The notes beneath the pieces were generated by a model. It was given only the letters and a program-made list of their open reading frames with translations. It searched no databases and was not told where the DNA came from. This document shows, in pieces, positions 57,635-64,000 of a stretch of DNA of 64,000 nucleotides. The stretch's first letter is position 1. Each line of letters begins with the position of its first letter. Origin of the DNA: Pirellulales bacterium (GTDB lineage: Bacteria > Planctomycetota > Planctomycetia > Pirellulales > JADZDJ01). The DNA is taken from positions 2 through 64,001 of the forward strand of contig DASRSD010000099.1 in NCBI GenBank assembly GCA_035656635.1. Direction: 5' to 3'. The position numbers and the translations under genes are program-made.

Positions 57635-57696
57635 ATAGATGCCAACGTGTCGAATCGTCTCTTGATTCTCGACCCTCAACCCTGAGCCCTGCTTTC

Positions 57697-58773
57697 ATGT
57701 CCACTCTGAAATTGGCCGTAATTCCCGGCGACGGCACCGGGCCGGAAGTGACCGCCGAAGCCCTCAAAGTGCTGAACGCCGTGGCCCCGCTGGAAAATTT
57801 TAAGTACGAAACCACGCCTTTCGATTGGGGCTGCGAGCGATATTTGAAAACCAAGGAAACGCTGCCGGCCGGCGGCGCCGACGAGCTGCGAAAATTCAAC
57901 GCCGTGTTTTTGGGCGCCGTGGGCCATCCCGACGTGGCGCCGGGCATTATCGAAAAAGGGCTGCTGTTGGCGCTGCGATTCGAGCTGGATCAGTATATTA
58001 ACTTGCGGCCGGTGCAATTGTTCCCCGGCGTGGAAACTCCGCTGGCGGGCAAGGGACCGAAGGACATCGATTTTGTCGTCGTCCGCGAGAACACGGAAGA
58101 TTTGTATTGCGGCGTGGGGGGATTTCTCAAAAAAAACACGCCCGACGAAGTGGCCACGCAAGCCGCCGTGTATACCCGCAAGGGTTGCGAGCGCTGCATT
58201 CGCTGGGCGTTTGAGTACACCCGCAAGCGGAATAATCCCAAGGGAAAAATGCTGACGCTGGTAGCCAAAACCAACGTGCTGACCTTCGGGCACGATTTAT
58301 GGTGGCGGGCCTTTCAGGCCGTGGCGAAAGATTACCCCGACGTGAAGGCCGATTACAACCACGTGGATGCCTGCTGCATGTGGATGGTGAAATCGCCGGA
58401 ATATTACGACGTAATTGTCACCACGAACATGTTCGGCGACATCATCACGGATTTGGGGGCGATGATTCAGGGCGGCCTGGGCGTGGCGGCCGGCGGGAAT
58501 ATCAATCCCGATCCGGGCGGCGTGAGCATGTACGAGCCGATGGGAGGCAGCGCGCCCAAGTACACCGGGCAGAACGTCATCAACCCCATCGCCGCCGTGG
58601 GCGCGATGAGCATGCTTTTGGAACATTCAGGCCAACCGAAAGCCGCGGCCCGGGTGATGAAGGCCATCAAGCAAGTGACGGGCACGAAAATGAAAAGCCA
58701 GGCCGCCGGCAAAATGGGCTACAGCACCACGCAGGTCGGCGACTTGGTGTGCGAGGCGATGGTGAAGGGGTAG
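57697..58773 (+). CDS. isocitrate/isopropylmalate dehydrogenase family enzyme (3-isopropylmalate or tartrate dehydrogenase-like)
   Basis: ATG at 57697; [61 protein letters not shown]. Confidence 0.75.
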   Translation: MSTLKLAVIPGDGTGPEVTAEALKVLNAVAPLENFKYETTPFDWGCERYLKTKETLPAGGADELRKFNAVFLGAVGHPDVAPGIIEKGLLLALRFELDQYINLRPVQLFPGVETPLAGKGPKDIDFVVVRENTEDLYCGVGGFLKKNTPDEVATQAAVYTRKGCERCIRWAFEYTRKRNNPKGKMLTLVAKTNVLTFGHDLWWRAFQAVAKDYPDVKADYNHVDACCMWMVKSPEYYDVIVTTNMFGDIITDLGAMIQGGLGVAAGGNINPDPGGVSMYEPMGGSAPKYTGQNVINPIAAVGAMSMLLEHSGQPKAAARVMKAIKQVTGTKMKSQAAGKMGYSTTQVGDLVCEAMVKG

Positions 58774-58786
58774 CTAAGCTAATTGA

Positions 58787-59002
58787 TCAAATCACTTCCA
58801 CCAAGTACGTCGTTATCCAGATGTCAAGTTGTTGGAAGCGTTCTTTCAGCCGCTCTTTGAAATTGACGAAGAATTGGCGGTTTTCGCCAAATTGCTCTTC
58901 CAATTCCAATAGCGTATCGGCAAATAATTCGCCTGGCACTGGCTGGCCACTATTGAACTTGGTGGGCAGCAGTAGTTCGAAACGCCGGGATTGCTTCTGC
59001 AT
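58787..59002 (-). CDS. small hypothetical protein (downstream member of overlapping pair)
   Basis: 71 aa, MQKQSRRFELLLPTKFNSGQPVPGELF...FKERLKERFQQLDIWITTYLVEVI. Confidence 0.45.
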   Translation of the reverse strand: MQKQSRRFELLLPTKFNSGQPVPGELFADTLLELEEQFGENRQFFVNFKERLKERFQQLDIWITTYLVEVI

Positions 59003-59180
59003 ACGTTGCTGGTCCCTCAGCGGTAAAGCGGATGCCTTCTGACGCGAGAGCGGTCAATGCGGTTTCGATGACGAGCAGCTCGCCGGAAGCATAAGTCGTG
59101 AATGAGAACCGTCCTGCCAAATAGCCCAACGCTTGGCGCTTAGATTCACGATCCGGAAATCGAATGCGAATAAGTTTCAT
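58950..59180 (-). CDS. small hypothetical protein (upstream member of overlapping pair)
   Basis: 76 aa, MKLIRIRFPDRESKRQALGYLAGRFSFTTYASGELLVIETALTALASEGIRF. Confidence 0.45.
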   Translation of the reverse strand: MKLIRIRFPDRESKRQALGYLAGRFSFTTYASGELLVIETALTALASEGIRFTAEGPATYAEAIPAFRTTAAHQVQ

Positions 59181-59223
59181 ACCGGAATTCTAACCCATTA
59201 TAGGGCGGTTGGCAACGAAATGT

Positions 59224-60447
59224 TTATCCCGGCGGGTTGGGAAGCGCGAGGCTCGGGGTGCTGCTGACCGATTGCAAATCGCGGTAGGCTTTTAGCAGAC
59301 CGTAGGTTTCCTGAAATTCAGGACGCTGGGTGAGGACTTTATACTTGGCGTCGGTGGCCACGGCCTTGTAACGCTTCACGGCGGCTTCAACCACATCAGG
59401 CTGCGGCGAGCTGTTGGCGGTGTTCAGCTCCGGCGGCAGGGCCAAGTAACTTTGCCAGCGGCTGTCGACGCGGCTGTTCAATCGCTGCGAAGCATTCAGT
59501 AACCGGCCGCGAATATCGGCCAGGTCGGAAGGCAACGTGTTCATCGCCAGCGCTGGCGGACCGGCCGCGGGAACCATGCCGGCCATTTGTGGCATGGCGG
59601 TGACTGGCTGAGCGGGCATGGGTTGCCCAGGAACCGGTTGACCAGGCGCGCCGGCAGGAACCGCGCCAACGGGCATGGCCGCTACCGCAGCCGGTGGCGC
59701 GTTGGCGTAAGCGGCAATCGTGGCCAGCAGATTGGCGGCCGATAGCGGCAACGTCGGCGCTTGTCCCGGCGGAGCATCGGGCCACAAGATGCCGGTGCCA
59801 CGGTAGTAAGCGGCGGTGGCGGCATTATCCATGGAAATGACGGAGCCATCCAGCGCCGCTCCGGCGAACAATCCGCGACTGCGAGAGTAAGAATATACTT
59901 CGGCTTTGAGTTGCACGTCGGTGGCAGCCGAAGCATCGCGACCCACCGGTCCGGCGGCGGCCGAGGCCGTGACCCCCATCGTGAACTTGCCGTTGAGCAA
60001 GCCCTGCACACTCTGTCGAGTTTTGAAAACCAGAATGACATCGGTCGATTGCACGCCGGCCTGCCAGCCGATGCTCCCGCCGGCAATGGTAATGAAGCTG
60101 GGCGCTCGCCAGGCGCCTTGATCGTTGCGCATGACCAGCACACCCCGGCCGTAGCGGGCGCCAATAATAAATCCACCTTTGATCAGCCCCGGCGCGATGG
60201 CAATCGCCTGGGCATCATGCAGCAGCGCGCGGGGGATGGCTCGGGCCGGCGCCGCCATAATTTCGTTCAGTACTTGCGTGGCCGCTTCGATGGTGGCTGT
60301 TTCCGGAGTTTTCGGCGCCGCAATGACCGATTGCATCTGCGGGGCCGGCTGCGCGTATTGCCCGTAAACGGCCGATGGCGTGCCAGCGACGGCCAACCAC
60401 AGGGCCAGCACCGGCATCGAAAAACATGCAGCAAGTGAAAATTTCAT
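59224..60447 (-). CDS. secreted SYLF (DUF500/Ysc84-like) lipid-binding domain protein with Pro/Ala-rich linker
   Basis: ATG at 60447 with signal peptide; GGFIIGARYGRGVL...GGSIGWQAGVQSTDVILVF...GVTASAAAGPVGRDA...YSYSRSRGLFAG. Confidence 0.7.
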   Translation of the reverse strand: MKFSLAACFSMPVLALWLAVAGTPSAVYGQYAQPAPQMQSVIAAPKTPETATIEAATQVLNEIMAAPARAIPRALLHDAQAIAIAPGLIKGGFIIGARYGRGVLVMRNDQGAWRAPSFITIAGGSIGWQAGVQSTDVILVFKTRQSVQGLLNGKFTMGVTASAAAGPVGRDASAATDVQLKAEVYSYSRSRGLFAGAALDGSVISMDNAATAAYYRGTGILWPDAPPGQAPTLPLSAANLLATIAAYANAPPAAVAAMPVGAVPAGAPGQPVPGQPMPAQPVTAMPQMAGMVPAAGPPALAMNTLPSDLADIRGRLLNASQRLNSRVDSRWQSYLALPPELNTANSSPQPDVVEAAVKRYKAVATDAKYKVLTQRPEFQETYGLLKAYRDLQSVSSTPSLALPNPPG

Positions 60448-60650
60448 GGCGTCCGTACCTCGCGGGAATGATCCCTGGAAATGCTCAACCGTGGGGCAAG
60501 TGTACCGCCCTGTGGGTTTCCGCCACAACGCCGATTTGCAGCCGTGGGGTTCTTGCAAGATAATAAGGCCCGATTTCTTCAATCCCCTACGCCCGCGAGC
60601 GCAGCTGCAGGGTAATGGGGCAACGGTGAAATATCGAAAGCAGGTGCAGC

Positions 60651-61190
60651 ATGGCCAGCCAACCAACCGACTTGGGCGCGGTGTTCGACGAACACATGCG
60701 CTACGAGTTTGTCGATCTCGATGTGGAGGCCACCATGCGCACAATGACGGCCCAGCCGCACTTGACCCATGTGCCCACGCTCACCGGCGGCCGCAATTGG
60801 GAAGAAGTGCGAAATTATTATCGCGATCATTTCGTGGGGCATTGGCCGGCAGATACCAAAATGATTCCCATTTCGCGCACCGTGGGAACCGATCAAATCG
60901 TCGACGAGTTCGTCGTGTGCTTCACGCACGATATTCCCATGGACACCATGCTGCCGGGCGTGCCGCCCACGGGCAAATACGTGGAGCTAGCGCACGTGGC
61001 CATTGTGAAGTTCGCTGGCGGCAAAGTCGCCCACGAGCACATTTATTGGGACCAGGCGTCGCTGCTGGTGCAGGTGGGTTTGTTGGATCCGAGCAAACTG
61101 CCGGTGACCGGCGCGGAACAGGCGAAAAAAATTCTCGATCACACCCGGCCGATGAACGCGCTTCTGGAACGCAAGGCGGAGCAATCGTGA
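60651..61190 (+). CDS. SnoaL-like / NTF2-fold family protein
   Basis: 179 aa; YYRDHFVGHWPADTKMIPISRTVGTDQIVDEFV...VAIVKFAGGKVAHEHIYWDQASLL pattern. Confidence 0.55.
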   Translation: MASQPTDLGAVFDEHMRYEFVDLDVEATMRTMTAQPHLTHVPTLTGGRNWEEVRNYYRDHFVGHWPADTKMIPISRTVGTDQIVDEFVVCFTHDIPMDTMLPGVPPTGKYVELAHVAIVKFAGGKVAHEHIYWDQASLLVQVGLLDPSKLPVTGAEQAKKILDHTRPMNALLERKAEQS

Positions 61191-61340
61191 TGAAAGTAAT
61201 TTGACGTCACTGCACGTTAGCTGGCTATGTGACTGGTGATCGAGACATTCAGAGTATTGTCGGTCTGCTGGATTGGCGCGACGGGCGGGCGAACGCACAG
61301 CATCGGCTGCGCAATTTCTTACCACTTCGGAGGCATGGTC

Positions 61341-61889
61341 ATGGAACATGAAAAGCTGCATCTGACGCCGATCGAAAAGCCGCGTGGATTGCTGGTGAGG
61401 CTGGCGTATTGGCTGAGCAAACGGCAATACGGCAAAGTGCTGACACCGATGAAAGTGGTTTATGCGCGCAAGCCGGGACTCATTCACATTGTCCGGCAGA
61501 TTCTGAAGGTACAAAAAAGTTTGACGCTGGAGCCGGCCGTTCAATACCTGGTTTCAGTACAGGTGTCGCGAATGAACGGTTGCCGATTCTGTGAGGATAT
61601 TGGTTTGGCGCACGCCATTCAGCAACGGATCGGCAAAGACCGGTTCGCGGCGCTCGAAGATTACCGCACCAGCCCCAGCTTTACTGAGCGGGAGCGAGCG
61701 GCGCTGGCGTTTGCCGAAGAAGCGACACGAAACCACGCCGTGAGCGAAGAAACGTGGGCCGCGGTGAAAAAGCACTTCACCGACACGCAAATTGTGGAGC
61801 TCGTGTGGCTGAACGCAACCGAAAATTACTTCAATCTGACCGCCGCCGTGCTGGGAATCGGGTCGGACGAGTTGGCTGGAAAGCTGTGA
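61341..61889 (+). CDS. carboxymuconolactone decarboxylase (AhpD-like) family protein
   Basis: VSRMNGCRFCEDIGLAHA (CxxC), FTERERAALAFAEEAT, ELVWLNATENYFN. Confidence 0.75.
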   Translation: MEHEKLHLTPIEKPRGLLVRLAYWLSKRQYGKVLTPMKVVYARKPGLIHIVRQILKVQKSLTLEPAVQYLVSVQVSRMNGCRFCEDIGLAHAIQQRIGKDRFAALEDYRTSPSFTERERAALAFAEEATRNHAVSEETWAAVKKHFTDTQIVELVWLNATENYFNLTAAVLGIGSDELAGKL

Positions 61890-61939
61890 GTGGCGATTTA
61901 CAATGAAGAGCCAGATGGCGGTAATGTAGAGGAGCACAA

Positions 61940-63355
61940 ATGAAAATGCATTTACGGCTTTTACTTGTCTCGATACTTTTGCTTGTGGTCTGCCCTTCTG
62001 CTTCGGCAGACGAATACGGCGATTCCATACAAACATTTCTCAGCAAAGCTTTTGAAAGCAAGGATGCTGGCCTGGTCGTCGGAATTGTGGATGAACATGG
62101 CAGCAGAATTTACAGCGCCGGTAAATTGGATAACGGAACTGACAAAGACGTCGATGGCGATACCGTATTCGAAATCGGCTCGGCCACTAAAACTTTCACC
62201 GCGCTGCTGTTGGAAGATCTGGTGGAGCGCGGGGAAATGAAGCTGGACGATCCGGTGTCGAAGTATCTGCCCGAGTCGGTCACAATGCCGACCCATGGCG
62301 GCAAAGAAATTACGCTGTTGAATCTGGCGGCGCAGGATTCGGGACTGCCGTTTAACCCCGGCAATTTCACAGGCGCTAATTCCGCCGAAAGATTTTCCAG
62401 CTATACCGTGCCAAAAATGTACGAGTTTCTGTCGGGCTATCAACTAACCGAAACTCCTGGCGAAAAATTCCAATACTCCAATCTCGGCATGGGATTATTG
62501 GGGCATGCGATGGAGCGGAAGACCGGCCGGGATTTCGAGTCGCTTGTCGTCGAGCGAATTTGCCGACCGCTACGCATGGAGAGCACATGCGTCACGTTGA
62601 CTGCGGCATTAAAAGCGCGGCTGGCAACTGGGCACGACGAATCTGGCAAACCCTGTCCCAATTGGGAAATGCCGGCCATTGCCGGCGCCGGGGCTCTGCG
62701 TTCCACGGCCAACGATTTGCTGAAATATGCCGCAGCGGAAGTTGGCTTGGCCGATTCCGCACTCACTCCGCTGATGCAAAAAACGCACGTCCTTCAACAC
62801 CACGACGCCCAAGTCCGCGACGACGTTCCGGGCCATTCGGCGCTCCCCTGGTTCGACGAAGGTGTTTATAACCCGCCCGGTTCGGAGTTGTTTGGCCACC
62901 CGGGCGGCACGGGGGGATACAACAGCTTTATCGGCCTCGATCTCAAGCAGCGCGTGGGCGTCGTGGTGCTGACCAATCAAACGAAAGTGCATTCTTCGAT
63001 GTTGGGTTGGCGAATTCTCCAGCATGCGCACTTCGATGGAATTGATCCGGAAAAAATGATGGCCCTGCGAGAAAAGATCGGCGTGGGAGCCAAGCTTGAC
63101 CTCGACAAAGAGTCGCACGAACTAAAAATCATCGGTGCCATTCCAAACTCGCCCGCCGACGTCGCCGGGTTATCCACCGGCGGACTAACTGTACGTTCGA
63201 TCGACGGCGTTAACCCCACGGGAAAATCGCTGCTGCAATGCATGGCGCTCATCAAGGGGCCCGAAGGTGCGATCATCCGCTTCAAGCTTGTCGATCAAGA
63301 CGGAAACGTGAAAACGGTCGAAATCGCGCGAAAAAAATACCTCATCGATGGCTGA
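61940..63355 (+). CDS. secreted serine hydrolase (class C beta-lactamase/PBP-like) with C-terminal PDZ domain
   Basis: GAGGAG then ATG; signal peptide; FEIGSATKTF (SxxK), YSN; C-terminal GAIPNSPADVAGLSTGGLTVRSIDG PDZ-like. Confidence 0.8.
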   Translation: MKMHLRLLLVSILLLVVCPSASADEYGDSIQTFLSKAFESKDAGLVVGIVDEHGSRIYSAGKLDNGTDKDVDGDTVFEIGSATKTFTALLLEDLVERGEMKLDDPVSKYLPESVTMPTHGGKEITLLNLAAQDSGLPFNPGNFTGANSAERFSSYTVPKMYEFLSGYQLTETPGEKFQYSNLGMGLLGHAMERKTGRDFESLVVERICRPLRMESTCVTLTAALKARLATGHDESGKPCPNWEMPAIAGAGALRSTANDLLKYAAAEVGLADSALTPLMQKTHVLQHHDAQVRDDVPGHSALPWFDEGVYNPPGSELFGHPGGTGGYNSFIGLDLKQRVGVVVLTNQTKVHSSMLGWRILQHAHFDGIDPEKMMALREKIGVGAKLDLDKESHELKIIGAIPNSPADVAGLSTGGLTVRSIDGVNPTGKSLLQCMALIKGPEGAIIRFKLVDQDGNVKTVEIARKKYLIDG

Positions 63356-63429
63356 TAAAGTCCATCACGGCAAATCGTGCCGCTTGACATCGCCGGCATT
63401 TCTGCCCACGATTTGAGGAAGCAAACCAT

Positions 63430-63477
63430 GGGGATGGGGTCCCCCGCAACCGCCTTCATTGGCTGATGACTCCTACC
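63430..63477 (+). promoter_or_regulatory. fluoride riboswitch aptamer (crcB motif)
   Basis: GGGGAUGGGGUCCCCC-GCAACCGCC-UUCAUU-GGCUGAUGACUCCUACC: P1 GGGG/CCCC, AACCGCC, P3 GCC/GGC, 3' GACUCC pairs with loop GGGGUC; lies upstream of crcB. Confidence 0.85.
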
Positions 63478-63520
63478 GAAACGCAAGCTGCGCGGTGGGA
63501 GACTTTTTGCACAACCAAAA

Positions 63521-63548
63521 GCTCTGCCGCTGGGCAGGGCTTTTTTTG
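63521..63548 (+). terminator. rho-independent terminator (riboswitch expression platform; also ends the upstream hydrolase transcript)
   Basis: GCTCTGCC-gctg-GGCAGGGC (8 bp, one G-U) followed by TTTTTTT. Confidence 0.85.
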
Positions 63549-63617
63549 TTCGTGGATGGCATCCTCAAAAATAGCGCCGCTCAACGCCGGCGGCTCGATG
63601 CACAGCGGATGAGTAAT

Positions 63618-64000
63618 ATGCTCAAATGGATTTTTATTGCCGCCGGCGGAGCGTTGGGCTCCGTGTTACGCTATGCCGTGCAAGGTTGGTTTCGAGAAGC
63701 CTTTGGCGCGCGGTTTCCCTGGGGAACGTTTGTTGTCAACATCACCGGTTGCTTGCTGATTGGGCTGCTGGCCGGTTTGTTCGCTGGCCCGCGAATCATC
63801 CGCGATGAATACAAAATCGGCCTGATGATTGGCGTGCTGGGCGGCTACACCACATTTTCCAGTTTCGGTTTGGAAACGTTCAACCTGGCCCACGAGGGAG
63901 AGTTTCGCTTGGCGCTGGTGAACATGGCGCTCAGTTGCGCAGTCGGCTTCGTGGCCGTATGGATTGGCTACCGGCTGGCGGAACGTTGGTTTGGAGTGTG
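63618..64000 (+). CDS. crcB: fluoride ion channel CrcB (3' end beyond window)
   Basis: MLKWIFIAAGGALGSVLRYAV...FPWGTFVVNITGCLLIG...GVLGGYTTFSSF; open to the window edge, hence absent from the ORF track. Confidence 0.9.
   Translation, partial: MLKWIFIAAGGALGSVLRYAVQGWFREAFGARFPWGTFVVNITGCLLIGLLAGLFAGPRIIRDEYKIGLMIGVLGGYTTFSSFGLETFNLAHEGEFRLALVNMALSCAVGFVAVWIGYRLAERWFGV

Noticed and set aside
63553-63617. A second fluoride-riboswitch look-alike (GUGGAUGGCAUCC...GCCGC..GCGGC..CGAUGC) between the terminator and crcB
   Set aside because: P1 pairing is poor and the conserved UGAUGA-CCUAC tail is missing. The true aptamer is the much better match at 63430-63477.

Overview
Moderately GC-rich, gene-dense chromosomal segment. 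I infer a Planctomycetota (Pirellulales-like) genome from the gene content: a DUF1559 pseudopilin-type domain, a giant haem-binding/HEAT-repeat protein, a DUF1111 di-haem protein, many secreted low-complexity proteins and few Shine-Dalgarno sites. I support about 57 protein genes, mostly housekeeping: mpg-type glycosylase, pilT, hisF, dinG-type helicase, thiS-thiG, an isocitrate dehydrogenase and a second family paralogue, lpxK, epmA, sulfite reductase, pgpA, folD, rpmA, a rhomboid protease, an Opp/Dpp-type peptide ABC transporter, an ECF sigma/anti-sigma pair and crcB. I found no rRNA, tRNA or CRISPR array. RNA and regulatory calls are a fluoride riboswitch with terminator upstream of crcB, and two further intrinsic terminators (one strong, downstream of rpmA; one weaker, at the end of the 16275-16799 gene). 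The only clearly accessory stretch is about 52.6-56.4 kb. It holds a 1.1-kb non-coding tract, a frameshifted DUF5131 fragment, and a REP-associated tyrosine transposase (RAYT) surrounded by, and itself invaded by, hairpin REP repeats. That block is bracketed by a 45-bp duplicate of the 3' end of an HNH endonuclease gene. The most interesting observations are: (1) a REP-like element inserted twice in-frame, but in different frames, in dinG; (2) REPs inside the RAYT ORF; (3) a tight pilT operon encoding a membrane-anchored GspE/PilB homologue with no catalytic Walker A lysine; (4) an anti-sigma factor whose outer domain resembles a DUF1559 pseudopilin; (5) heptanucleotide-phased micro-repeats next to start codons. 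All calls rest on reading the sequence and the ORF track and on remembered family motifs. Start codons are best guesses and no database search was possible.
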